Notes under the pieces: model-generated
Told to the model about the DNA's origin: nothing
What the model saw: the letters and a program-made list of their open reading frames with translations, nothing else
The model's database searches: none
Translations under genes and position numbers: made by a program
Part shown: in pieces, positions 1-7,694 of the stretch
Layout: each line of letters opens with the position of its first letter
Position numbering within the stretch: the first letter of the stretch is position 1
Assembly (NCBI GenBank): GCA_040899895.1
Contig: JBBDZW010000047.1
Location: 1 to 58,074, forward strand
Length of the DNA: 58,074 bases
Direction: 5' to 3'
Source of the DNA: Minisyncoccota bacterium
Lineage (GTDB): Bacteria; Patescibacteriota; Minisyncoccia; 2-02-FULL-40-12; GWA2-44-9

Positions 1-49
1 CTTTGCGCCGCCAACCAAAAAGTCGGTCAATTTGAAAAAAGTCAGATTG

Positions 50-125
50 TGGTGCCGCGGGTCGGAATCGAACCGACGACTCCTGCTTCTTCAGAGCAGA
101 GCTCTAACCACTGAGCTACCGCGGC
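50..125 (-). tRNA. tRNA-Phe (anticodon GAA), CCA encoded
   Basis: The reverse complement folds as a canonical cloverleaf. Acceptor GCCGCGG/CCGCGGC, D arm GCTC-AGTGGTTA-GAGC, anticodon loop CTGAAGA, T arm GTCGG-TTCGATT-CCGAC, A73, CCA. Confidence 0.93.
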
Positions 126-260
126 AATTACTGAACCCTATTTAGTATACCGAATTTCTTACTAAATTCAACTTATCAACTTTTATATCCACAAAAACTG
201 AACCCCTTTGTTATAATAAAGCTATATATTGTAATAGACGTTAATCATAGATATCAACAA

Positions 261-944
261 ATGAGAAAAGATAAAGAAAAAGCCGTTGAATTACGTAAAC
301 AAGGACTTAGTTATAAAAAAATCCGGCAAGAACTTGGTATTCCAACAAGTACCCTTGCGGAATGGTTTAAAAATGAGCCTTGGTCCCAAGAAATAAAGTT
401 TCGCCTATCAAAAGAAGTGTCTCTTTCAAACGAAAAGGCTCTCAAGGCTATGATTGAGGCAAATCGAGAACGTTGGAGATTAAAACATGAGGAATACAGA
501 GAAGCAGCTATAAGAGAGTTTGAGAGATATAAAAACGACCCCCTATTTTTAGCAGGTATTATGCTGTATTGGGGAGAAGGAGAAAAACAACAAAAGTACT
601 CCACAGTAAGACTCTCAAACAGTGAGCCAGAGATGATTAGGATATTTTATCTTTTTTTAACCAAACTATTAAAAATTTCACCCGATAAAATAAGTGGCTG
701 GCTCCTTCTTTACCCCGATCTAGTAGATTCTGTTCAAAGGAACTTTTGGAGCAAAGCTACTGGAATACCAATTAATAAATTCACTAAATCTACGTATATT
801 AAAGGCCGACACCCCAGCAAACGTTTGTCTTACGGCGTTTGCACTGTTTATGTAAGTAGCCGCGCATTAAAAGAGCGGATACTCAAATGGCTAGAACTAT
901 ATCAAAACTTTCTTAGATCTCATGCCTTAAATCTTGAAAAATAG
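261..944 (+). CDS. HTH-domain protein with LAGLIDADG-like motif (putative homing-endonuclease-like protein), paralog A
   Basis: 227-aa ORF. N-terminal HTH-like segment LRKQGLSYKKIRQELGIPTSTLAEW. Central motif FLAGIMLYWGEGEK resembles a LAGLIDADG catalytic helix with two extra residues. Shares the NS(E/D)P..I..F and YW....T.IP...F blocks with ORFs 2290-3063 and 37107-37712. Confidence 0.5.
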   Translation: MRKDKEKAVELRKQGLSYKKIRQELGIPTSTLAEWFKNEPWSQEIKFRLSKEVSLSNEKALKAMIEANRERWRLKHEEYREAAIREFERYKNDPLFLAGIMLYWGEGEKQQKYSTVRLSNSEPEMIRIFYLFLTKLLKISPDKISGWLLLYPDLVDSVQRNFWSKATGIPINKFTKSTYIKGRHPSKRLSYGVCTVYVSSRALKERILKWLELYQNFLRSHALNLEK

Positions 945-975
945 TAAAAAAATGCTAAAATACAATAATTAAATC

Positions 976-1046
976 GCGGGTACAGTATATCGGTTTTACA
1001 TTTCCTTGCCAAGGAAAAAAGAGGGGTTCGACTCCCCTTACCCGCT
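976..1046 (+). tRNA. tRNA-Gly (anticodon GCC)
   Basis: Acceptor GCGGGTA/TACCCGC, anticodon stem TTTCC/GGAAA with loop TTGCCAA, T arm AGGGG-TTCGACT-CCCCT, U73. CCA is not encoded. Confidence 0.88.
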
Positions 1047-1050
1047 CAAG

Positions 1051-1518
1051 ATGTTAGGCATCTTCTCTAAAATCACACGGAAAAACACCATAGTTGAAAA
1101 GGTTCTGAAAAGCGAACCGGGTCTTTATTTTTACTTAGTTTTCCCGATAGCTTTTGCCTTCCTGCTTACTTTTGGAGTAGCCCGTCTTATCAGCTATTGG
1201 AATCCAGCTCTTACTATTCCAATAGTGCAGGATTACCGGATACATCATTTTGTATATGGTTTTTTTATTTTGGCAATTTCCGGTTATCTGGCACTGGTGT
1301 TTTACGGCCCCAGAGCAAAATTTCTGATTGCATTGCTTCACGGTTTTGGGTTGGGTCTTTCTTTTGATGAATTTGCGTTTTGGATACGCCTTACCGATAA
1401 CGACCCGGCCCGTTGGAGTTATGACGGTTTTCTTATAATCATGGGGGTCTTCTTACTGATCATTTCTGCTAAAAGAGGGGTAAAAATGCTCAAAATATTG
1501 TGGCCTTTTGGGGGTTGA
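1051..1518 (+). CDS. hypothetical integral membrane protein
   Basis: Track ORF 1006-1518 begins (TTG) inside tRNA-Gly. The first ATG after the tRNA is at 1051 (MLGIFSK...). Several hydrophobic helices are present. No family recognised. Confidence 0.55.
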   Translation: MLGIFSKITRKNTIVEKVLKSEPGLYFYLVFPIAFAFLLTFGVARLISYWNPALTIPIVQDYRIHHFVYGFFILAISGYLALVFYGPRAKFLIALLHGFGLGLSFDEFAFWIRLTDNDPARWSYDGFLIIMGVFLLIISAKRGVKMLKILWPFGG

Positions 1519-1595
1519 CTTTTTGACCCCATTTTGATATACTTATAATACAACCTGGAGATTGTAGTAGATGGCTTGATAGGCCATTTTTTGTT

Positions 1596-1613
1596 GCCTG
1601 CCTACCGGCAGGC
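1596..1613. repeat. GC-rich palindromic element GCCTGCC-tacc-GGCAGGC (family copy 1)
   Basis: Perfect 7-bp arms in an AT-rich spacer. Nearly identical 24-mer at 9366-9387. Related copies lie inside CDSs at 20447-20465 and 39972-39988. Confidence 0.8.
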
Positions 1614-1657
1614 AGGCCAAACCAGCCTTCTGCAAACAATCTAATCGGGTCAAAAAA

Positions 1658-2188
1658 ATGAATAAAAACATAGCCTTGTCAGCGGTCTTTGTGGCAATAC
1701 TATTGTTCCCTAACAATTCGGCCAATGCTAATACTTATATGTCCGCTCTTTCAAGGGCAGTTGATCAAATTGTGGAGATTCACAAAGGTCCTGAAGTAAT
1801 CAATATTTCAGAACCTGCACCGAAGAAAGAAAAAGCGCAGACAAAAGTTAAAAAAGTAGAAAAAAAAGAGATTAAGAAAATCTTAACGGTGACAGCCACC
1901 GCTTATTCTTCTTCTGTTGATCAAACCGATGATACTCCCTGTATCACTTCTACTGGATATAATGTCTGTAACAAAACCAAAAACATTATCGCCGTTTCTC
2001 GTGACCTTGTGCGTTCGTTGGGATATGGCACTCAAGTTATGTTTCCAGACCTCTTCGGAGACGAGGTCTTCCACATTGAAGACACGATGAATGCCAGATT
2101 CATATCAAGAATAGACTTTCACCTTGATTCAAGGGAAAAAGCCAAGAACTTCGGAGTCAAAAGACAGCTCACAATGGTTGTCTTCTAA
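1658..2188 (+). CDS. secreted 3D-domain (MltA/RlpA-like double-psi beta-barrel) cell-wall protein
   Basis: Signal peptide MNKNIALSAVFVAILLFPNNSANA, then a Lys-rich linker. C-terminal TATAYSSSVDQTDDTPCITSTG...IIAVSRDL...IEDTMNARF matches the 3D-domain signature. Confidence 0.7.
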   Translation: MNKNIALSAVFVAILLFPNNSANANTYMSALSRAVDQIVEIHKGPEVINISEPAPKKEKAQTKVKKVEKKEIKKILTVTATAYSSSVDQTDDTPCITSTGYNVCNKTKNIIAVSRDLVRSLGYGTQVMFPDLFGDEVFHIEDTMNARFISRIDFHLDSREKAKNFGVKRQLTMVVF

Positions 2189-2192
2189 AACT

Positions 2193-2216
2193 AAAAACCG
2201 CCAGAAGGCGGTTTTT
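2193..2216 (+). terminator. rho-independent terminator
   Basis: aaaaaccgcc-agaa-ggcggttttt hairpin with a U-run, 5 nt after the stop codon at 2186-2188. Confidence 0.8.
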
Positions 2217-2226
2217 GGTTGACTTG

Positions 2227-2299
2227 TCCGCCCCCTGGGACTCGAACCCAAAACCTTGTCCTTAAGAGGGACCTGCTCTACCAATTGAGCTAGGGGCGG
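2227..2299 (-). tRNA. tRNA-Lys (anticodon CUU)
   Basis: The reverse complement has D arm GCTC-AATTGGTA-GAGC, anticodon loop CTCTTAA and T arm TTGGG-TTCGAGT-CCCAG. Acceptor is CCGCCCC/GGGGCGG (unusual C1-G72), with A73. End coordinates are +/-2 nt. Confidence 0.8.
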
Positions 2300-3063
2300 G
2301 TATTATGTTTTTTCGATATTTTTTCTTTTGCATATATGGGTACTGACATCCAATTTTTGGGCTCTATATGCTCATCTATGGTCAAATTTAGATATCCATT
2401 AATGGCACCTAAAATTTTAAATAACAAATATGTGCTACCTTGTGTTTTCACAATAATTTTCGCTATTCCGTTTTCTAATCTATTTTTTCTATAACCAGAA
2501 CCTCGAGCTTTTACAAAAATCTTTCTAAAATTATCAGAAGGTATACTTGTAAGGTTTTGCCAGTAACCTTTAATTTTTACTTGGTCCTGGTCGGGATGAA
2601 TATGTATTTCTATGCTTAATTGTTCTGAATTTATGTTGAAGAATTTTTTTAACCATTTAACTATAAATTTGATGACTCGGGGATCAGAGTTCGTCACAGC
2701 TGTACTGCTTTTCTTTGTGCCTTCGGCCCAATACAGCATAAGACCAGCTAAAAATTCGGGGTCTTTTTCAAATTTCTTAATTAGGGCTACTCCTTCCAAA
2801 AAAGCTTCGCATCTTTTTCTCCAGAACATGGTCTGAATGGCCTTAATTCCCTCAATCCCTCTTTTTCTGCTTTTTTCCTTAAGTCTTTTCTCTTGTTCTG
2901 ATGTCATCTTAACGCCACGACACCAAAGGCTTATTGTTGACTTTGCTACCGGTACCTTTTGAAGTATCTCCTTATAGCTAAAACCTTGGGATCTTAATTT
3001 TAAAGCTTTCTCTCTCAGATTATTTTCGAGTAGTATTCTATTTTTACTTGAAACCCCTATCAT
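2290..3063 (-). CDS. HTH-domain protein with LAGLIDADG-like motif, paralog B
   Basis: 257-aa ORF. HTH-like LRSQGFSYKEILQKVPVAKSTISLW, motif FLAGLMLYWAEGTK, TNSDPRVIKFI, YWQNLTSIPSDNF. The last 10 nt including the stop overlap the 5' end of tRNA-Lys on the same strand. Confidence 0.5.
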   Translation of the reverse strand: MIGVSSKNRILLENNLREKALKLRSQGFSYKEILQKVPVAKSTISLWCRGVKMTSEQEKRLKEKSRKRGIEGIKAIQTMFWRKRCEAFLEGVALIKKFEKDPEFLAGLMLYWAEGTKKSSTAVTNSDPRVIKFIVKWLKKFFNINSEQLSIEIHIHPDQDQVKIKGYWQNLTSIPSDNFRKIFVKARGSGYRKNRLENGIAKIIVKTQGSTYLLFKILGAINGYLNLTIDEHIEPKNWMSVPIYAKEKISKKHNTRP

Positions 3064-3130
3064 AGATAATACAATTATATGATACTGGTTTTATTAATCC
3101 AGACCTCCTTGTTGATAAAGAGCCCCATTA

Positions 3131-3202
3131 TGCCCTCGCCAGGGCTCGAACCCGGAATTCCACGTCCGAAGCGTGGCGTGATATCCATTTCACTACAAGG
3201 GC
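3131..3202 (-). tRNA. tRNA-Arg (anticodon UCG)
   Basis: Reverse complement is GCCCTTG-TA-GTGA..., anticodon stem CCACG/CGTGG with loop CTTCGGA, T arm CCGGG-TTCGAGC-CCTGG, acceptor CGAGGGC, A73. Confidence 0.88.
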
Positions 3203-3237
3203 AATGTGAATATATTATACCAGAAAATCTGATATTT

Positions 3238-4470
3238 TCAACTTTTTCCGTACCTCTTTTTCAGGTCGGCAACGATCTTTGGAAGTATTTTTAATACATA
3301 GCCCAAATCCGTCTTAGTGGTTTCCCGTCCCATCGAAAACCTAAGCGCTCCGGAAAGATATTTCTTCTCGACGCCGATGGCTTTCAAGACGTGCGACGGC
3401 TCAACGGAGCGGGCCGTGCAGGCCGAACCGCTTCCGGCAGATATGCCGTACTTGTCCAATTCAAGTAAAAGATTCTCACTATCCATTCCAGGAATAGAAA
3501 TATTTATGTTATTAGGCAATCTGTCCCGACCTTTCGGACCATTCAGTCTGGCCTCGGGTATTGCGTCTTTTATTTCATCAACAAAATAATCCCTTAACAA
3601 TTCCAACCTCTTCCCTTCTTTTCGGTTTATCAATTCAACTGCTTTCGCCAGCCCCATAATTCCAGGCAGGTTTTCCGTTCCTGCCCGCAACCCTCTCTCC
3701 TGTCCCCCGCCCATTATAAAACTGGAGACCGGAGTTCCTTTTCTGATATACAAAACTCCAGTTCCTCGCGGACCATTTATTTTTGACCCATTAAAAGTGA
3801 GGAGGTCGGCGCCAATACTATTTACGTTCATATTAAGATATCCTGCCGACTGGCAGGCATCGGTATGGAAAAGCACGGCTTTTCCATACTTTGCCATTTT
3901 CCATTTGCCATTTTCCATTTTTCGATTGAATTCTTTTATTATTTTTCCGATCTTTATTATGGGTTCGATAGTGCCGATTTCGTTGTTCGCGTACATAACC
4001 GAGACCAGAACGGTTTCCGGGCGCAAAGTTTTTTTAAGTTCCTCCGGGTCAATGAAACCTTCTTTGTCTGCCGGCAAATATGATATATCAAATCCCTCCC
4101 CCGCCAAATACATTATCGGTTCAAGTACGGAAGGGTGCTCTATTTTCGTAGTTATAATATGGGGTTTTGGTTTTTGAGTTTTGGTTTTTATTTGTAATTT
4201 GGGATTTGGAATTTGGAATTTTCTTGCAATTCCTTGAATTGCAAGATTGTTGGCTTCGGAACCCGAAGACGTAAAAACTATCTCTTCCGAATAAGCGCCC
4301 AAAAAACGCGCGACTTTCGTCCTTGCTTTTGCGAGTTCGCCGGCCGCCTTTCGGCCGGCATCGTTGTAAGAAGAAGGATTGCCGTAAAGTTCCATTCCCC
4401 TCTCAACTTCCCTCTTAACCTCCGGGTGGACCTTAGTGGCCGCGGCATTGTCCAGGTAGATATTTTTCAA
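3238..4470 (-). CDS. cysteine desulfurase, NifS/IscS family (class V aminotransferase)
   Basis: Motifs YLDNAAATK, SGSEANNLAI, HTDACQSAGY, FNGSKINGPRGTGVLY (PLP lysine) and SGSACTA (catalytic Cys loop). Contains two low-complexity inserts encoded by 7-nt-period repeats. Confidence 0.88.
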   Translation of the reverse strand: MKNIYLDNAAATKVHPEVKREVERGMELYGNPSSYNDAGRKAAGELAKARTKVARFLGAYSEEIVFTSSGSEANNLAIQGIARKFQIPNPKLQIKTKTQKPKPHIITTKIEHPSVLEPIMYLAGEGFDISYLPADKEGFIDPEELKKTLRPETVLVSVMYANNEIGTIEPIIKIGKIIKEFNRKMENGKWKMAKYGKAVLFHTDACQSAGYLNMNVNSIGADLLTFNGSKINGPRGTGVLYIRKGTPVSSFIMGGGQERGLRAGTENLPGIMGLAKAVELINRKEGKRLELLRDYFVDEIKDAIPEARLNGPKGRDRLPNNINISIPGMDSENLLLELDKYGISAGSGSACTARSVEPSHVLKAIGVEKKYLSGALRFSMGRETTKTDLGYVLKILPKIVADLKKRYGKS

Positions 4471-4859
4471 AATTTTCTACTACGAGGCCAGAGCATCAAA
4501 GACAGGAATGCGCCCATCAGTCCGATGTCTCTAATTAAAACCTCATTGAGTCCGTTGAAAAACATAATACTTAAAAGAAAAACAACGGAAAGTCCGGAAA
4601 ACAAAAATACGAAAATATTTGTTATAAGGCTAACCCCAACCAATATTTCAAATACGGCCGAAACATAAACTATGTCCATTGATTTCAGACCTATACTCTC
4701 CCAAAATACCGCTACACTCTGAGGCACCCAAGCATTAAACCAATAATCCGGATGCAAGAATTTGTCTATTCCGAACCACAAAAAAACACAGGCCAAAGAC
4801 AAACGCAGAGCTAAATTAGAATATTTGAGAGACTGAAACACTCTCAAATTATACCACAC
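4467..4859 (-). CDS. DoxX-like small membrane protein
   Basis: 130 aa with four hydrophobic helices and a DoxX-like N-terminus (LRLSLACVFLWFGIDKFLHPDYW). 4-nt overlap with the downstream desulfurase gene. Confidence 0.5.
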   Translation of the reverse strand: MWYNLRVFQSLKYSNLALRLSLACVFLWFGIDKFLHPDYWFNAWVPQSVAVFWESIGLKSMDIVYVSAVFEILVGVSLITNIFVFLFSGLSVVFLLSIMFFNGLNEVLIRDIGLMGAFLSLMLWPRSRKF

Positions 4860-6129
4860 ATTCTTTCTCCAAATAAATAAGTGTCTTTTCGTTTGCTATT
4901 TTTTCAGCAATATCTTCCTTTATTCTTTCTATGTCTACATTGTCTTGAAGCGTTCCCCCGCGCGTCATTATTGATTGAACCAAGACATTCAATTCCTGGT
5001 CTATTTCTTCAGACGAGGCAATAATTTCCTTGTCTTTGGCTATCTTATGAAGAATCAGGTAAGTCTTGACCTGATTCTCGGCTTGCTCTTTCCAATCTTG
5101 CTTTAATTCATCTTGAGTCTTGCCGATGTGGGCCAGATACAGACCCAATTCCATTCCTTTTGAGTGAAGGTTGTTGTCAAAATCCTGAATCATAGAATCC
5201 AACTGTTTTGTAAGCATAAAATCCGGAACCGCAATACTGGATGTTTTTATAATCTGATTCAATATCTCCAACCGAACTCTTTGCTGTTCTTTTAGTTTCT
5301 TTTCCTGCAATAGGCCGTCCTTAACGCTGGCGACGAGTTCAGAAACGCTATTAAATTTACCGAGAGTTTTGGCAAATTCGTCATTAAGTTCCGGCAATTT
5401 TACCGATTGAATCTTATTTATTTTAACATTAAAATCCAGCTTTTTACCGGCAATGTCTTTTCTGTAGTAATCTTTGGGAGCAACGAGAGAAAAAGATTTT
5501 TCTTCGTCTTTTTTTAAACCAACAAGGCCTTCCTCAAATCCGGGAATGAAATGTTTTTCGCCTAAAATAAGCGGGTGGTTTTTGCTTACACCTCCCTCAA
5601 TAACACTGTTATCGGTTTTGATTTCAAAATCCAATTCAACCCTGTCGCCGTTGTCAGCCGAAGTGTCTTTATCAATATAGCTGGCCCTGGAGTTTTTAAT
5701 CGTGTTGAGAGTATCTTCAACCTCTTTCTCGTCAACTACCGGATCATTTCTGTTCACCTTTAAGCCGGTCATGTCTTTTATTTTTATATCCGGGAAAACG
5801 GTAAGCAAAACCTTAAAAACCAGCTTGTCCGGAGTATTTTCTTTTATCTCCAGGTCCGTAAAATTTATCACGTCCAGCTCTTCTGTTTTTATTACACTGG
5901 CGAGACTCTCCCTAACAGCCACATCCAGAGCTGTCTCTAAAACGGTGGCCGGGTTTAAGTTTTTTTTAAGCTGATCTTTGGAGATCTTGCCCTTCCTGAA
6001 GCCGTCTATTTTGAGTTCTCGGCCAAGAATATTTTCGGCCTTTTCAATATAGACCTTAAGATCATCTTTTGCGAGTTCGACCAGAAGTTCTTTTTGAAAC
6101 TGGCCCATTGTTTTGAATTGATGAGTCAT
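4849..6129 (-). CDS. tig: trigger factor
   Basis: N-terminal ribosome-binding GFRKGK motif, central FKBP-type PPIase segment (HFIPGFEEGLVGLKKDEEKSF) and C-terminal arm domain. Length is typical for trigger factor. Confidence 0.9.
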   Translation of the reverse strand: MTHQFKTMGQFQKELLVELAKDDLKVYIEKAENILGRELKIDGFRKGKISKDQLKKNLNPATVLETALDVAVRESLASVIKTEELDVINFTDLEIKENTPDKLVFKVLLTVFPDIKIKDMTGLKVNRNDPVVDEKEVEDTLNTIKNSRASYIDKDTSADNGDRVELDFEIKTDNSVIEGGVSKNHPLILGEKHFIPGFEEGLVGLKKDEEKSFSLVAPKDYYRKDIAGKKLDFNVKINKIQSVKLPELNDEFAKTLGKFNSVSELVASVKDGLLQEKKLKEQQRVRLEILNQIIKTSSIAVPDFMLTKQLDSMIQDFDNNLHSKGMELGLYLAHIGKTQDELKQDWKEQAENQVKTYLILHKIAKDKEIIASSEEIDQELNVLVQSIMTRGGTLQDNVDIERIKEDIAEKIANEKTLIYLEKECVV

Positions 6130-6149
6130 GCTCGGAGTAGTCTCCTGCG

Positions 6150-7385
6150 TTATTGTTCGTTAATTAGCTCTGTTGCTGGTTTTTCCTCCACCTCGTCAGA
6201 ACTTACTTTTTCTTTGGGGGAACGGACATCTATCTTCCATCCGGTCAATTTTGCCGCCAATCTTACATTTTGTCCGCGCTTGCCTATAGCCAGAGAGAAT
6301 TGGTCATCAGCCACTTCCACCAACGCGTGTCGCCTGTTTTCGTCCAATATTTTTACATCCAAAACCTTCGCCGGGGAAAATGAATTGGAAATGAATTCTT
6401 TTGATTTTTCGCTCCAAAGAATAATGTCTATCTTTTCTCCCGAGAGCTCGTTAATAACAGTCTGGACGCGAACTCCTTTTTGACCGACCAACGAACCAAT
6501 CGGGTCAACCCCTTCTTCTGTAGAAGTCACGGCAATCTTGGTCCTGGAACCGGCCTCTCTGGCAATAGCTTTTACCTCTACGGTACCGTTGTCTATCTCT
6601 GGAACTTCCATTCTAAACAATCCTAAAACTAGTTTGGGATGAGCGCGAGACAAAAGAATAACAGGACCCCTTGAAGTCTCATCAACCTTTGCAATAACAA
6701 ATCTGAAACGTTGGCCGATACGGTAGTTGTCTCCTGGCATTTGCTCGGCCAGAATCAGAAGACCGTTGGTTTTTCCTAAATCAACAAAAACTAATGGGCC
6801 TTCTTTCCTTTGAACCAATCCGCTGATAATATCTCCTTCTTTTTCTTTAAACTCCGAAAAAATGGCCTGCCTCTCGGCCTCCCTTAATCTCTGAATGATA
6901 ACCTGTTTGGCTGTCTGGGCGGCAATGCGTCCGAATTCGGTATGGGGTTCAAGCTTTTCCACTATTTCATCACCCACCTTTGCTTTTTTATTCTTCTTTT
7001 TGGCATCTTCAAGAAGAACATGCTTTTCCGGGTTAAATTTTATTTTAATTTCTCCAGACACCGATGTTTCAACCATTTCCTCATTTCTTTTTCTGCCACG
7101 CCCTTCACCGTCTTCATGTCTATCTTCCATCGCTTTTACGGGAAGTTCGCCGGTTATAGAACCTTCTTCATCTACACCTTCAACCACATAATGAGTTTGA
7201 CTTATCTCAAGCTTCCCCGTTTCCGGATCCATTTTAGCTTTTACGACCTGGCCCTTTTTGCCGTAATCTCTTTTATAGGCGGCGGCTATGGCAGCCTCTA
7301 TTGTCTCCAAAACTTCGGCCTCAGAAATCCCTTTTTCTTCGGAAATCTGTTTTATCGCCGATGTGAATTGTTTTACATCAAACAT
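6150..7385 (-). CDS. nusA: transcription termination/antitermination factor NusA
   Basis: NusA N-domain (AIKQISEEKGISEAEVLETIEAAIAAAYKRDYG) carrying an acidic/basic insert, an S1 domain, and two KH domains (VGQKGVRVQTVINELSGEKIDI; AIGKRGQNVRLAAKLTGWKIDV). Confidence 0.92.
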   Translation of the reverse strand: MFDVKQFTSAIKQISEEKGISEAEVLETIEAAIAAAYKRDYGKKGQVVKAKMDPETGKLEISQTHYVVEGVDEEGSITGELPVKAMEDRHEDGEGRGRKRNEEMVETSVSGEIKIKFNPEKHVLLEDAKKKNKKAKVGDEIVEKLEPHTEFGRIAAQTAKQVIIQRLREAERQAIFSEFKEKEGDIISGLVQRKEGPLVFVDLGKTNGLLILAEQMPGDNYRIGQRFRFVIAKVDETSRGPVILLSRAHPKLVLGLFRMEVPEIDNGTVEVKAIAREAGSRTKIAVTSTEEGVDPIGSLVGQKGVRVQTVINELSGEKIDIILWSEKSKEFISNSFSPAKVLDVKILDENRRHALVEVADDQFSLAIGKRGQNVRLAAKLTGWKIDVRSPKEKVSSDEVEEKPATELINEQ

Positions 7386-7394
7386 GGCTAATTT

Positions 7395-7478
7395 AAAATG
7401 TAAAAATCAAAATGAAAAATTACAGTTCAAAACTTTAAAATTTTACATTGCAATTTTACACTTTGCATTTTTAACTTT
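7395..7478. repeat. 7-nt-period AT-rich tandem array upstream of nusA
   Basis: aaaatgt aaaaatc aaaatga aaaatta ... tacattg caatttt acacttt gcatttt taacttt. About 12 consecutive heptamer-phased units. Confidence 0.7.
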
Positions 7479-7685
7479 TAACTAAATAAGAAGCCCGCCA
7501 CTCAGCGGACTAATCAGGATAAGAGTATTATATCAAAGAGCTGAATTACAGTCAAATCTCTCCGATATCCACAAAAATTCCTTTACAAAAGGGTTGCTTT
7601 GGTTAGATTGCAACAGAGTTCCTTGACCGGCTAAAGCACGGTCAGGAAACCACTCCGAGATGTTAACAAAAGAAGTGGCGGTAAA

Positions 7686-7694
7686 TGCTATAAT
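7686..7694 (+). promoter_or_regulatory. extended -10 promoter (TGcTATAAT), probable leaderless start of the PilB-like gene
   Basis: TGCTATAAT ends 6 nt before the ATG at 7701. No Shine-Dalgarno sequence fits in between. Confidence 0.4.

Noticed and set aside
1006-1050. Track ORF start (TTG 1006) for the 170-aa membrane protein
   Set aside because: The first 45 nt lie inside a well-formed tRNA-Gly. The CDS was re-started at ATG 1051.
3079-3294. 71-aa + strand ORF
   Set aside because: It runs antisense across tRNA-Arg(UCG) and into the 3' end of the desulfurase gene. There is no independent support.
3842-3857. Palindrome CCTGCC-gact-GGCAGG inside the cysteine desulfurase gene, resembling the GCCTGCC...GGCAGGC element family
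   Set aside because: It encodes DACQSAG, part of the conserved H-x-D-A-x-Q active-site region of NifS/IscS enzymes. The palindrome is most simply a by-product of conserved codons, not an inserted element.
6942-7391. 149-aa + strand ORF (and similar long antisense ORFs such as 25753-26220, 14282-14581, 18133-18585 and 9229-9519)
   Set aside because: Each lies entirely or largely (9229-9519 only at its downstream end) within or antisense to confidently assigned genes (nusA, the VirB6-like gene, the PBP, rnpA/yidD, the PilB-like gene). Their compositions are low-complexity, as expected for shadow ORFs in AT-rich DNA.
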